Notes: a model not told the origin generated them from the sequence alone. A stretch of 64,000 bases of DNA from Candidatus Spongiisociaceae bacterium (GCA_965219685.1 CBDCOH010000002.1:3776001-3840000), one strand, 5' to 3'; counted from the stretch's first letter, positions 1-10,475 are shown. Numbers and translations are program-made.

Positions 1-1
1 C

Positions 2-1030
2 CAGTCGACCCTCTTCCCCGGCGGGGAGTGTTGTGTCCAGGGCGGCGTCTGGCTGGTGGACGTGGCCCACGGCGAAATGAGCGAGGTGTTCGCTGAGCCC
101 AGTGCTGCGGCTGCGTTCTCCAGCGACGGCGAAACCTTCTACATGCTCGCGGCTGACGGCGTGCTGCGCGCGTTCGACGCCCATGACGGCGAACTGATCG
201 GCACCATGCAGTTGGTGGACCCGTTCGAGATGGTGTTCGGGAGTCCCTCGCCCGCGATCGTCGTCGTCGGCGACATGATGTACGTCGCCGACCCGAACAG
301 CGGTCATGTCCTCGGGGTCCATCTCACGCACATGGAGATCGAAGAGGAATGGCACGTCGGCGGCGCGCCGTCGAGCCTGGCCTTCGTCGGTATCGCCGAC
401 TCGGGCGACGCACACGAAGATGAGCACGCGCACGAAGATGAGCACGCGCACGAAGATGAACACGGGCACGAAGAGGACGGCCACGCTCACCACGATCACG
501 GCCCTCATGATCCGCACTTCTGGTTCGATCCGATCCGGGTGAAGGTCGCAGTCAACGAGATAGCCATGCGGTTTGCGGCCTTAGACCCCGCGAACGCAGA
601 CACCTACTTCCAGAACGCCGCGGAATACGCGCAAGAGCTGGACGAGCTTCACGCCTGGACCCAGGAGCAGGTCAGCATGGTGCCGCCGGAGCGCAGACAA
701 CTGGTCACGTCACATGACAGCCTTTCCTACTTCGCAAGCCTCTATGGGTTCGAGATAGTTGGTCTAGTGATACCTTCCCTGTCTCCTGATGTGGAGCCCT
801 CCGCGGAGCACATTGCGGGACTGGTCGACGTGATACGGGAGCACAACGTGCCGGCATTGTTCGGCGAGACGACGGTCAGCGACAAGCTGGCGCAAGCCGT
901 GGCGAGGGAGACCGGTGCGATCCTGGTCCAGCTCTACTCGGGCTCGCTCGGGGCGGAAGGCAGCGGCGCCGACACGTACCTCGGCATGGTGCGGGCAAAC
1001 GTGGAACGTATTGTTGAGGCATTGAAGTGA
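2..1030 (+). CDS. Zinc ABC transporter substrate-binding protein (ZnuA/AztC family) with fused AztD-like beta-propeller; 5' end outside window
   Basis: Frame open from position 2. His/Asp/Glu-rich loop followed by DPHFWFDP and VTSHDSLSYF cluster A-I motifs, preceded by propeller-like blades (MYVADPNSGHV...VGGAPSSLAFVG). Followed by ATPase and permease genes. Confidence 0.85.
   Translation, partial: QSTLFPGGECCVQGGVWLVDVAHGEMSEVFAEPSAAAAFSSDGETFYMLAADGVLRAFDAHDGELIGTMQLVDPFEMVFGSPSPAIVVVGDMMYVADPNSGHVLGVHLTHMEIEEEWHVGGAPSSLAFVGIADSGDAHEDEHAHEDEHAHEDEHGHEEDGHAHHDHGPHDPHFWFDPIRVKVAVNEIAMRFAALDPANADTYFQNAAEYAQELDELHAWTQEQVSMVPPERRQLVTSHDSLSYFASLYGFEIVGLVIPSLSPDVEPSAEHIAGLVDVIREHNVPALFGETTVSDKLAQAVARETGAILVQLYSGSLGAEGSGADTYLGMVRANVERIVEALK
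413..466 (+). repeat. 3 x 18-bp coding tandem repeat (HEDEHA) in His-rich loop
   Basis: CACGAAGATGAGCACGCG x2 plus CACGAAGATGAACACGGG. Confidence 0.9.
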
Positions 1031-1782
1031 CCACCGGTCCGACCTCACACAGGGCGAGCATGTCGCTTCAGGGCGTGACTGTCGAGTTCGGCGGGCACCA
1101 GGCCCTGAGCAACGTCACCTTCGACGTGGATGCGGGGACCCTGATGGGAGTTGTCGGACCGAATGGAGCCGGCAAGAGCACCCTCTTCAATGCCATTGCA
1201 GGCCTCCTCCCGGTTCGCCAGGGCACGGTGACCCTTCACCGCGGGGGGCAGGAGAGCGGAGCGTTGGCATACGTGCCTCAACAAGAAAGCGTCAACTGGC
1301 GGCTGCCTGTGACCGCGATGGACGTTGTGATGATGGGCCGCTGCTGCAGGATGGGATGGTTCCGGCGGCCCGGGAAGAAAGACCGAGAGATCGTCAATGC
1401 GTGCCTGGGCCGGGTGGGTCTGTGGGACCATCGCTCTGCTCTGATGACGGAGCTTTCGGGAGGGCAGAGGCAGAGGGTGTTCATCGGCAGGGCGCTGGCC
1501 CAGGAGGCAAGCGTGCTCCTGCTGGACGAGGCCTTCAGCGGCGTTGACGCGGGCGCCCAGGAAGCCCTGGTCGGGGTCCTCCGGACCCTGCGGGATGAAG
1601 GGCGAATCATCCTTCTGGCGACCCACGACCTCACCAACCTGGCCGGCCGCTTCGACGAGGTGCTGTGTCTGAACCGCCACGTGTGCGCCTGCGGTCCTCC
1701 CGACGAGGTGTTCACGTCCGAGGTCATGGAGCAGTTGTACGGCGCCCACGGTGTGTGCCTCACCATGGACGGGGAGAGCTAA
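1027..1782 (+). CDS. znuC: Metal (Zn/Mn) ABC transporter ATP-binding protein
   Basis: Walker A GPNGAGKST, signature LSGGQRQR, LLLDE, THDL. GTGA overlap with upstream stop (alternative ATG 1060). Confidence 0.9.
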   Translation: MTTGPTSHRASMSLQGVTVEFGGHQALSNVTFDVDAGTLMGVVGPNGAGKSTLFNAIAGLLPVRQGTVTLHRGGQESGALAYVPQQESVNWRLPVTAMDVVMMGRCCRMGWFRRPGKKDREIVNACLGRVGLWDHRSALMTELSGGQRQRVFIGRALAQEASVLLLDEAFSGVDAGAQEALVGVLRTLRDEGRIILLATHDLTNLAGRFDEVLCLNRHVCACGPPDEVFTSEVMEQLYGAHGVCLTMDGES

Positions 1783-1791
1783 CAGCTCGAC

Positions 1792-2610
1792 GTGATAGAT
1801 TTCGTTGTCGTACCCCTAGAGCACGGCTTCATGGTGAGAGCCCTCATCGGCTCGATCCTCGTGGGCGTGATGTGTCCGCTGGTCGGCGCGTACGCCGTCA
1901 CCAGGAACCTCGCCTTCATCGGGGACGCTCTCGCCCACGCCGTGCTTCCGGGATTGGTGCTCGGGTTCATAGTCGGCATCAACCCGGCGATAGTCGCAGT
2001 CCCGGTCGGGGTCTCCGTTGCGGTGCTGGTCAGGACGGTGAGCCGGCGTGCGGGCCTCAGCCCGGATACCTCCATAGGCATTCTGTTCGCGACCATGTTT
2101 GCCCTAGGACTAGTAATGCTGGCTACTTCAAGGACGATTACGGTCGACATTGAAGACCTGCTCCTGGGGCAGATCCTGGCAATAACCCCCACCGGCATCT
2201 ACGTGTCCCTCGGGATAACCGTGATGGTCATCCTGGGGCTATTCGCCTTCCACCATTGGCTGCTATTCGCCAGCTTCGACCCCCTGGGGGCGCAGGTCAT
2301 CGGCATGCGCGCAAAGTTCGCAGACTACGCCTTTCTGGTCATGCTCGCCCTCGTCATCGTGATAGGAATCCAAGCGGCGGGCATCGTCCTGGTCATGGCA
2401 ATGCTGGTGATACCCGCCGCCACGGCGTACCTGTTGGCGAGGCGTTTCGTCCCGGTCATGATGACGGCCGCGGCGTTGGGGACCGTGGCCGCCGTCACGG
2501 GCCTCTATTCCTCCTACTACTTCAACCTGCCGGCCGGTCCCGCCATGACCCTGGTGGCAAGCGCGCTGTTCCTGCTGGTCGTCGCATTCAGACGACGAGC
2601 CCCGGCCTGA
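1792..2610 (+). CDS. znuB: Metal (Zn/Mn) ABC transporter permease
   Basis: ABC-3 motif GDALAHAVLPG, LLLGQILAI, multiple TM helices. Confidence 0.9.
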   Translation: MIDFVVVPLEHGFMVRALIGSILVGVMCPLVGAYAVTRNLAFIGDALAHAVLPGLVLGFIVGINPAIVAVPVGVSVAVLVRTVSRRAGLSPDTSIGILFATMFALGLVMLATSRTITVDIEDLLLGQILAITPTGIYVSLGITVMVILGLFAFHHWLLFASFDPLGAQVIGMRAKFADYAFLVMLALVIVIGIQAAGIVLVMAMLVIPAATAYLLARRFVPVMMTAAALGTVAAVTGLYSSYYFNLPAGPAMTLVASALFLLVVAFRRRAPA

Positions 2611-2793
2611 GAATCTCCTCTATCGAGAGCGGCCCCCCGTTGTCCAGGGAGCGTCGTCTAAAGGGGCATCCGTGACGGCCTTCTCCCTCATAGCCACGCG
2701 GGAGGGCAGAGAGGCTTGGTCGTCGGTTGCCAAGATCCGGGGCGGTTCGGCGATCTTGCGGCGGTACTAATCTGCGCCTTCTTGCGGAGAATC

Positions 2794-4377
2794 ATGCAAT
2801 ACGAGTGGTGGCACGAAGCCGTCATCTACCAGATCTACCCCCGGAGCTTCATGGATTCGAACGGGGACGGGATCGGTGATCTGGCCGGCATCACCTCCAA
2901 GCTCGACTACCTGGCCGAAACGCTCGGGGTCGACGCCATCTGGATCTCGCCGTTCTACAAGTCGCCGATGGCGGACTTCGGCTACGACGTGGCCGACTAC
3001 GTGGATGTGGATCCCATGTTCGGCACCCTCGACGACTTCGACGCACTGGTGGACCGTGCCCACGCGCTCGACCTCCGGGTGATCGTCGACTGGGTTCCCA
3101 ACCACTCCTCTTCCATGCATCCCTGGTTCGTGGAGTCCCGCTCGTCCCGTGACAACCCCAAGCGCGACTGGTACGTGTGGAAGGACCCTGCACCGGACGG
3201 CTCGGAGCCCAACAACTGGATCTCGGTGTTCAGCGGCCCGGCATGGACCTTCGACGAGCACACCGGGCAGTACTACCTGCACAGCTTCCTGTCCAGCCAG
3301 CCCGACCTGAACTGGCGGAACCCGGCTCTGGCCGAGGCCATGCTGGACACCCTCCGCTTCTGGTTGCGCCGCGGCGTTGACGGCTTCAGACTGGACGCCT
3401 GCCACTTCGCGATGAAGGACCCCCTGTATCGGTCCAATCCCGTGCTGGAACGTCCGGCGCACGGCTACAAGGACCTCGGGGAGTACGACCGCCTGGTCCA
3501 CCTCTACGACCGGGGACATCCGGACATCCATGGACTGTTCAGGGACGTCAGGGCGGTACTCGATGCCTTCTCGGAGGAACGGCCGAGGTTCTCGGTCGGT
3601 GAGATCCACCTCGAAGGGGAGGAGTGGGCGTCCTACTACGGCGACGGCGACGAACTCCACATGCCTTACCACTTCGGAATGCTCAACGGGGACTGGACCG
3701 CCGCATGGGCCCGGGGCGTGGTCGAGAGCCAGGAAGCTGTCCTCCCCGCCGGGGCGTGGCCCAACTACGTGCTGGGCAACCACGACGAGATCCGGATCGC
3801 CACCAGGTACGGCGACCGGCGGGCCCGGATGGCCACCCTCATGCTCCTCACCCTGCGGGGAACGCCCACCCTGTATTACGGCGACGAACTGGGGATGGTC
3901 CAGGCCGACATCCCACCGGACCGCCAGCAGGACCCCTGGGGCCGGCGGCAGCCGGGCCTCGGCCGGGACGGATGCCGCACCCCGATGCAGTGGGAGGCGG
4001 GACCCGGCGGTGGCTTCACATCCGCACGCCCATGGCTGGGCACCGTGGATCCGGATCGTGTCCTGAACGTGGAGGCACAGCTGGCCGATCCTGGTTCCAT
4101 GCTCAACCTCACACGCCGTCTCCTCGAGGTCCGCAAGGGTTCGAGGGCGCTGCGCGTCGGCTGCTACGAAGCCATACAGGGCCTGCCGGAGACTGTCTTC
4201 GGCTATCACCGCCGGGTCGATGGAGAGTCCGTGTCCGTCTACCTGAACTTCGGGGACCATCCGGTCGAGGTGCCGGCTGACGGACGGGTTCTCGTGGCCA
4301 CAGGCCCGGGCATCCGCGGCCGCGTCGACGGCGCCCTCTCGCTGGACGCCATTGACGGAGCTGTACTGGGTTCGTGA
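2794..4377 (+). CDS. Alpha-glucosidase, glycoside hydrolase family 13
   Basis: WWHEAVIYQIYPRSFMDSNGDGIGDL, DFGYDV, DWVPNH, GFRLDA, GNHD, RDGCRTPMQW. Start set at ATG 2794. Confidence 0.92.
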   Translation: MQYEWWHEAVIYQIYPRSFMDSNGDGIGDLAGITSKLDYLAETLGVDAIWISPFYKSPMADFGYDVADYVDVDPMFGTLDDFDALVDRAHALDLRVIVDWVPNHSSSMHPWFVESRSSRDNPKRDWYVWKDPAPDGSEPNNWISVFSGPAWTFDEHTGQYYLHSFLSSQPDLNWRNPALAEAMLDTLRFWLRRGVDGFRLDACHFAMKDPLYRSNPVLERPAHGYKDLGEYDRLVHLYDRGHPDIHGLFRDVRAVLDAFSEERPRFSVGEIHLEGEEWASYYGDGDELHMPYHFGMLNGDWTAAWARGVVESQEAVLPAGAWPNYVLGNHDEIRIATRYGDRRARMATLMLLTLRGTPTLYYGDELGMVQADIPPDRQQDPWGRRQPGLGRDGCRTPMQWEAGPGGGFTSARPWLGTVDPDRVLNVEAQLADPGSMLNLTRRLLEVRKGSRALRVGCYEAIQGLPETVFGYHRRVDGESVSVYLNFGDHPVEVPADGRVLVATGPGIRGRVDGALSLDAIDGAVLGS

Positions 4378-5705
4378 CGCTCCGCTTTCCGGACGGTTTC
4401 ATATGGGGGGCGGCCACCTCCTCCTATCAGATAGAGGGGGCGGTGGCCGAGGACGGGCGGTCGGAGAGTGTCTGGGACCGCTTCTGCCGGACTCCCGGAC
4501 GGGTGCTGAACGGCGACACGGGCGATGTGGCCTGCGACCACTACCACCGGTGGCGCGACGACATCCGGATCATGAAGGATCTGGGACTCGCGGCCTACCG
4601 GTTCTCGGTGGCCTGGCCAAGGGTCGTACCGGAGGGACAGGGACCCGTCAACCAGGCCGGCCTGGACTTCTACGACCGGCTGGTGGACGGCCTGCTCGAG
4701 GCAGGGATCGAGCCCTTCGTCACCCTGTACCACTGGGACCATCCCCAGCGCATCGAGGAGGCCGGAGGCTGGAGGGTTCGGGAAACCGCCCACGCCTTCG
4801 CACGCTATGCGGCAGCCGTCGGGAGCCGGCTCGGAGATCGAGTCACCCACTGGATGACCCTCAATGAACCCTGGGTGGTGGCGCACCTGGGTCACCGGAC
4901 AGGTCAGCACGCGCCGGGTCTGGTGAACTCCGGGACCGAACTCGATGTGATCCATCACCAGCTCCTGGGGCACGGGCTGGCGTCGCAGGCGTTGCGATCC
5001 GGGCGCGCCGGCCCGGAGATCGGCGTAGCTCTCAACCTCGAACCTCGGACGGCGCGCTCCGAGCATCCGCTGGATCGGGATGCGGCCGCTCTCGAGGAGG
5101 GCCTGATGAACCGGTGGTTTCTCGACCCCCTTCTCGGTCGGGGGTATCCGGCCGACCTGCTCGAGCTGACCCGCTGGAAGGCTTCGGTGATCACCGACGG
5201 CGACCTGGACACCATCGCCCAGCCCTTGGACGCGGTGGGCCTGAACTACTACCGGACCGAGGTGGTCGGGTATCCGGGGCTGAGAGACTGTGATCGGCCG
5301 CTACCGCTCCGCGAACCTCCCGCCGAGGTAACCGAGATGGGCTGGCCGGTGACCCCGGAAGGTCTGGGCACGATGCTCCGGATGCTGGAAGGCTACGGCG
5401 TCGGCGCCATCTACATCACCGAGAGCGGGGCCGCCTATCCCGACAAGGCTTACGACGGGCAGAGAATCCAGGACGAGGATCGCCGCTCGTACCTGGAGAG
5501 GCACCTGGTCGAAGCCGCCCGCGCCATCGACGACGGGGTGCCGTTGAGGGGTTACTTCGCCTGGACCCTGCTGGACAACTTCGAGTGGAGCTTCGGGTAC
5601 TCGCGCCGTTTCGGGCTGGTCCACGTGGATCACGTCACCCAGCGGCGAACTCCCAAGGCTTCGGCCTACTGGTACCGGGATGTCATCGCCCGCAACGCCA
5701 TCTGA
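4374..5705 (+). CDS. Beta-glucosidase, glycoside hydrolase family 1
   Basis: FIWGAATSSYQIEG, TLNEP acid/base, ITESG nucleophile, LLDNFEW. Confidence 0.95.
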   Translation: MTLRFPDGFIWGAATSSYQIEGAVAEDGRSESVWDRFCRTPGRVLNGDTGDVACDHYHRWRDDIRIMKDLGLAAYRFSVAWPRVVPEGQGPVNQAGLDFYDRLVDGLLEAGIEPFVTLYHWDHPQRIEEAGGWRVRETAHAFARYAAAVGSRLGDRVTHWMTLNEPWVVAHLGHRTGQHAPGLVNSGTELDVIHHQLLGHGLASQALRSGRAGPEIGVALNLEPRTARSEHPLDRDAAALEEGLMNRWFLDPLLGRGYPADLLELTRWKASVITDGDLDTIAQPLDAVGLNYYRTEVVGYPGLRDCDRPLPLREPPAEVTEMGWPVTPEGLGTMLRMLEGYGVGAIYITESGAAYPDKAYDGQRIQDEDRRSYLERHLVEAARAIDDGVPLRGYFAWTLLDNFEWSFGYSRRFGLVHVDHVTQRRTPKASAYWYRDVIARNAI

Positions 5706-5780
5706 CTGGCCAGTTGCCAGTTGCCACCGTAAGCCAGTACTAATAACTACCGACTAGCCTTTAGCAACTAACGACTAGTT
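5704..5780. repeat. Two opposed heptamer tandem arrays between convergent genes
   Basis: GACTGGC-CAGTTGC-CAGTTGC (5704-5724), then six ACTANNN-type units (5739-5780) that include the nuclease gene stop codon. Confidence 0.75.
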
Positions 5781-8347
5781 ACCGCCCGGTAGGCCCTGGC
5801 CAGGAACGACGCCATCTGCTGGCGGGTCGTGCAGGCGTCGGGGGAGAAGGTCGTCCGGGATGTGCCTTCCGTCACTCCGAGCCCGAAGATGCGGCCGATG
5901 TCACCGCTCGCCGAGGTCACTTCCCCGCCCAGGTCCGTGAACGGTGTCGCGCCTACCGGAGCGAGGCTGCCTGTCACCAAGGTGTAGAACCTGGCCAGCA
6001 GGGTCGCCATCCGGCCACGGGACACGCAGGCATCGGAGGAGACGGTCGCGAACGGCGCGTCTGCGATGATCCCGAGTCCGTAGATGCGGCGGATGTCGTC
6101 GCGGTGGGCGTCCGAAGTGTTGCCGAGGTCGGCGTACGGTGGCTCGACGACCGGCGGATCCTCGCCCACCACGGCTTCGTAGAGCCGGGCGAGGAAGGAG
6201 GCCGTCTGTTGCAGTGACGCGGGCATGCGCGGGGAGAAGGTCGTCGGGGATGTGCCTTTCGTGATTCCGAGTCCGTGGATGCGGCGTATGTGGTCGCGGT
6301 GGGCGTCCGAGGCGTCCGCGAGGTCGGTGAACGGCGTCTCTGTCACCGGAGCCTCGCCGGCCGGAGCCCGTCTGCCCGCGGTGGGGCTCTTCCCGAGTCG
6401 AAGACCGACGATCACCGGATCGTGGTCCGATGAACGGAACGCGTTGGCCTCGTAGATGGGCAGCGCCGCCGACTCCCGCTGGTAGGCCCGCTCACCCGGG
6501 TCGTGGACATCGTCGTTGTAATCGAACAGCGGTGGCTCGTCGGCGTTGATCTGCCACGCGGCCACCCCGGTGACCTGGCGCAGCAGCGACGGGCTGGCCA
6601 GGGCGTAGTCCAGGTATCCGAGTTGGCCGTCGAAAAGGTAGCCGTAGGCGTCGGCGCCGACGAACCGCCTTATCAGGTCGGTGTAGCCTGCTGTCTCCAA
6701 CGCCCTGATCGGATCTTCCCGGGCGTAAGCGTTCAGATCGCCGATTATCAGGATGTCGGGGTCGCCGCCGGCCGTCGGATCAGTGGCGAGGTACCGGGCG
6801 AGGGCTTCGGCGGCCGCGGTCCGGGTGGCGTTGCAGTTGCCCTGGCCGTCGCGGCGGTCCGGATCGCCTAGTTCTTCGCAGCTCGATCCCTTCGACTTGA
6901 GATGGTTGACCGCGACCGTGAAGCGCTCGCCGGTCGCCACCTCCTCGAAGGTCTGGATCAGGCCGGGCCGGTTCTTCGTGTCGGCGAACGCCGTGTCGAC
7001 CGACGAATCGATGATGATGTGAGTCCCGACGGGGGTCACCCACTCGGGTTGGTAGATCAGCCCGACTTTGATGACGTCGCTTCCGATGGCCGCAGTGTCC
7101 ACGTAGGCATACCGGTCGGGCTCCGCGGCGGAGTTCAGACCGGCTACCAGGTCGGCGAGCGAGGCCGAGTCGTCGTTCTCGATCTCCACCACGCCGAAGA
7201 CATGGGCGCCGATCGCGACCATCGCGGCGACGATCTTGTCCCGCTGCCGGTCCAGTTCCGCCGCCGAGTCGGCACCCCGGCAGCCGAGGTCGCCACCCGG
7301 CCCGCAGAGCGGTGTCCCGTCATCGATCGTGTTGAAGTAGTTCAGAACGTTGAAGCCGACCACCTTGAGGCGGCCGCCCACCTCCGCGGGAGCCGCGGGC
7401 CGCGGGTTGTCCGCATCGAACGTGTAGTCGAACCGCTCGGGTACGGGCTGGATCCTCCAGGCGTCGAATGCCCAGTGCATCACCCCGGTAAGGCCTCTGA
7501 TCGAGTCGCCGCCCCGGAAGCGATTGGTGATGCTCAGCCCGCCTTCGGGATACGGATAGGCCTCGTCCTCCGCCTGCGGGGGGTTGATGGCCTCGTTCTG
7601 GTCGGCGTTGCCGTCGTCGAGGACTATCCGCCTTGTAGCGAGGTCGGCCAGAAAAGCTGCGTATCCCGTGGTGCTCGGCGGGTGTCGATGGGTGAACTGG
7701 TACGGCCGGGACCCGTCGGTGAGGACGATCTCGCCGTACCGGGCGAGCCAGTAGTACTCGCTGACCACCAGCTTGCCCGGGAACGTTACGACCATGGCTT
7801 CGACGTTCTCGAAGGTTCCCGCCGCCCGTGTGCTGCCCGAGGCGGGAAGCGACAGCACCGTCGGGGCCGGAAGATCGTTTCCCGACGAGCGGACCGTGAC
7901 GCTGCCTTCGGATGCGTCGATCTGGCTCGCGCCGCCGAACTCCCCCGCCACCCCCACCACCGTCACCCCGTCGCCCACCGCCAGGCCGTCGGGGCACGCG
8001 GTCGAGCAGTGGACGTAGATTCCCTCGGAGGTGGCCGGGTCGCCATCGCGGTCGGCGTCCTCCTCCTGGAGGGAGAATCCGCTCAGCCGGTCATCGTGCT
8101 CGAACAGCGAGGTGACTATCGCCTCGACCGTGACCGGTCCTGCGATCGCAACGGTGGCTCCGTTGCCCTGTACTTGGGAAATGCGCAGCAACTCGGGCGT
8201 CCCGGTCGGGGCGGCCGGCGGGTCGGGATCCCGAGTCTGGTCGATGGATGCCGGTCCGGCTGCAAGGGCGGGCGCGGCGCCGGCCGCGACTAACCATCCG
8301 ACCACCAGGACCAGGGTGGCCCGGACGGTTGTGGAGAGGGGTGTCAA
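5768..8347 (-). CDS. ExeM/NucH-family extracellular endonuclease with C-terminal SLH-like repeats
   Basis: Signal peptide, OB-like LQEEDADRDGDPATSEGIYV, EEP motifs FNVLNYF, VNHLKSKG, GDLNAY, SDHDPV. Three PFTDL...GITKGTSPTTFSP repeats. Start at TTG 8347 with GGGAGA RBS (ORF track extends to 8449). Confidence 0.88.
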   Translation of the reverse strand: MTPLSTTVRATLVLVVGWLVAAGAAPALAAGPASIDQTRDPDPPAAPTGTPELLRISQVQGNGATVAIAGPVTVEAIVTSLFEHDDRLSGFSLQEEDADRDGDPATSEGIYVHCSTACPDGLAVGDGVTVVGVAGEFGGASQIDASEGSVTVRSSGNDLPAPTVLSLPASGSTRAAGTFENVEAMVVTFPGKLVVSEYYWLARYGEIVLTDGSRPYQFTHRHPPSTTGYAAFLADLATRRIVLDDGNADQNEAINPPQAEDEAYPYPEGGLSITNRFRGGDSIRGLTGVMHWAFDAWRIQPVPERFDYTFDADNPRPAAPAEVGGRLKVVGFNVLNYFNTIDDGTPLCGPGGDLGCRGADSAAELDRQRDKIVAAMVAIGAHVFGVVEIENDDSASLADLVAGLNSAAEPDRYAYVDTAAIGSDVIKVGLIYQPEWVTPVGTHIIIDSSVDTAFADTKNRPGLIQTFEEVATGERFTVAVNHLKSKGSSCEELGDPDRRDGQGNCNATRTAAAEALARYLATDPTAGGDPDILIIGDLNAYAREDPIRALETAGYTDLIRRFVGADAYGYLFDGQLGYLDYALASPSLLRQVTGVAAWQINADEPPLFDYNDDVHDPGERAYQRESAALPIYEANAFRSSDHDPVIVGLRLGKSPTAGRRAPAGEAPVTETPFTDLADASDAHRDHIRRIHGLGITKGTSPTTFSPRMPASLQQTASFLARLYEAVVGEDPPVVEPPYADLGNTSDAHRDDIRRIYGLGIIADAPFATVSSDACVSRGRMATLLARFYTLVTGSLAPVGATPFTDLGGEVTSASGDIGRIFGLGVTEGTSRTTFSPDACTTRQQMASFLARAYRAVTSR

Positions 8348-8471
8348 GTCAGTGTCTCCCGAGAAGCGTGTGTGGGCGCGGATCCGATCGTAGACACGTC
8401 GTCGATGCCGGTCGTGGAACGACCCTGCCCGGGCTCCTGTGCTCGTCATTCGCCGGAAGGGACCGCAGCCC

Positions 8472-8505
8472 GAAGGTGCCCCGACCCGGCGGCCGGGGCA
8501 CCTTC
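8472..8505 (-). terminator. 12-bp perfect inverted repeat downstream of the 5'-nucleotidase gene
   Basis: GAAGGTGCCCCG ... CGGGGCACCTTC; no U-tract. Confidence 0.55.
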
Positions 8506-8522
8506 TCGGGAGGTGCGGATGC

Positions 8523-10475
8523 TTAGAACATGAAGGGGACCCGCAGGACCCAGCCGATGTGGATCAGATCAGGGTTGGTCAGGGCCCGGCCGTCGGCCTG
8601 GGTGACGCCCTTGTTGAGCTCGAAGATCTCCATCCACCGGTTCTCGTCGCCGAGTTCGTCCATGGCGATCTTCCGTAGGGTGTCGCCCGCCCGGACGATC
8701 ACCTCGGTGGTCTCGGGTTCGGGTTCCAGGGCGACGATCCTGCCGCCACCACCGGCGGGGTAGTCGGCAGCCGTGATCGTGCCGCCGAGGTCCATCGATA
8801 TGTAATTGGCCAAGGCCTGCTGGTAGCTGACCCCAAGCTTGGTGAAGGCGATGTCCGCCAAGGGGTAGCAGTCCCCACCGTTGGCGAGGAAGTCGATGGT
8901 GGCCAGCACCACCGGATCGCCCGCCACGACCTGCCCGTCGCTGACGATGACCGTGCCGTCGTCGAGCACGACCTCCCTGACCCGCTCCCCGGGGTTGCCG
9001 ACCAGGGAGCAGTCGCCGTCGCGGGCGATCTCCCTGGCGGGGGCGGCCGGATCGTAGGTGAGCGTGAAGCCCGAAACCTGGGCGAACTGGCCCCCGGCGC
9101 CCGGCAGGCGGTCCAAGCCCTGTTCGAGCAGGACGTGGAAGGTGTCGCGGGGGACCTCGGCGACCACGACGAAGTTCCTGAACGGAGCGATGTCCCAGGT
9201 GGTCCCGACGGTGATCTCCCCCGGCGGGATCAGAGAACTGTTGCGGATGCCTCCGCCGTTCTGGATCGCCACATCGGGCACGGGGGTTCCGAACTCATCG
9301 GCCAGGTTGGTGGCGGTGGCGCGGAGGGCGTCGGCCATCAGGTTGCCCTCGTTGGTCGCCATGATGCGGATCTCCGGCCTGCGACCGTCCAGGGCCACCT
9401 TGCTGGTTCCGATGACCTCGGCGTCGATCAGCGCCACCGCCTCGGACAGGGGCTTGATGACATCGGCCTGTACATCGGGATCGGGCTCGACATCGAAGCC
9501 CACACCGATCGAGCGGCCTTCCGCCGCGGTCACGTTGCCGTCGGCGTCGAAGGTGACGTTCAGTTCGCCGATGCAGCGGTACCCGCCGGGCGCGGTGATT
9601 ACCGGAACCATCGTCCCGGTGGCGTCTTCCACCATGATCGGGTAGGGCGCCACTGCCTCCTCCTCTGCCAGGCAGGTGTCGCCCTCGTTCTTCAGGAGGT
9701 CGTCGCCTCCGCCGGCGATGACCACATCCACACCCGAGAGGCTCGCCACCAATTCGATCTCCTCGGCCACGTCCTGAAGATGGCTGACCAGGATGATCTT
9801 GTTTACTCCGTCGGCTGCCATGTCCTCCACCGCCGCCATCACGGCCGGTAGCACCGGGGACACGACGGCATTGCGGGGAGTGGAGATGTTGGGCAGCATC
9901 GGGGTGACCGCGCCGATCACACCGATCTGCTCGCCTCCGGTCTCTATCACCGTGCCACCGGCGATCAGGCCATCCTCCACCAACGCTTGCAGCATCGGCT
10001 CGCCCGTGAAGTCCACGTTGGCGGACAGGAAGATCACCGGAGGGGAGAAACCGGTCACGAACCGGGCGGTTACCTCCGGTCCGAGATCGAAGTCGTGGTT
10101 ACCCAACGCCATGGCGTCGTAGAGGCCCCTCAAGGCTATGGAGTCGTAGAGCGGACCCTCGCGGCCCAGGGATACGCCCAACTCCTGGGAGGCCAGGAAG
10201 TTGTCACCGGAAGTCAGCGTCACGACCCCCACACCGGAGGCCGCGGCCTGTAGCTGCTTCATCAGGGCCACGAAGCGGGCCACGCCCGGATCGGCGTTCT
10301 CGTCGGGGAGAAGCTTCGACTCGCCGTCGTTGTTGTGCAGGATGGTGAGGGTGAACCCCCCGCTGTCCTCGGTATCCTGCGCACTCCCGGCAACGGGAAG
10401 GGATACCAGCATCCCGGTCACTACCGCCAGGACGGCGAGAATGGCAAGGGGTGGCCTCAAGCGGGTACTCGTCAT
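8523..10475 (-). CDS. Secreted 5'-nucleotidase (metallophosphoesterase + 5_nucleotid_C) with C-terminal LysM
   Basis: TILHNND, SGDNF, LGNHDFD, LVSHL, NGGGIR. LysM VRAGDTLRKIA...NPDLIHIGWVLRVP. Signal peptide. Alternative start 10493. Confidence 0.9.
   Translation of the reverse strand: MTSTRLRPPLAILAVLAVVTGMLVSLPVAGSAQDTEDSGGFTLTILHNNDGESKLLPDENADPGVARFVALMKQLQAAASGVGVVTLTSGDNFLASQELGVSLGREGPLYDSIALRGLYDAMALGNHDFDLGPEVTARFVTGFSPPVIFLSANVDFTGEPMLQALVEDGLIAGGTVIETGGEQIGVIGAVTPMLPNISTPRNAVVSPVLPAVMAAVEDMAADGVNKIILVSHLQDVAEEIELVASLSGVDVVIAGGGDDLLKNEGDTCLAEEEAVAPYPIMVEDATGTMVPVITAPGGYRCIGELNVTFDADGNVTAAEGRSIGVGFDVEPDPDVQADVIKPLSEAVALIDAEVIGTSKVALDGRRPEIRIMATNEGNLMADALRATATNLADEFGTPVPDVAIQNGGGIRNSSLIPPGEITVGTTWDIAPFRNFVVVAEVPRDTFHVLLEQGLDRLPGAGGQFAQVSGFTLTYDPAAPAREIARDGDCSLVGNPGERVREVVLDDGTVIVSDGQVVAGDPVVLATIDFLANGGDCYPLADIAFTKLGVSYQQALANYISMDLGGTITAADYPAGGGGRIVALEPEPETTEVIVRAGDTLRKIAMDELGDENRWMEIFELNKGVTQADGRALTNPDLIHIGWVLRVPFMF

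Noticed and set aside
2611-2790. REP-like CCTTCTCCCTC...GAGGGCAGAGAGG hairpin after znuB
   Set aside because: Single degenerate instance; a repeat family cannot be established from this window.
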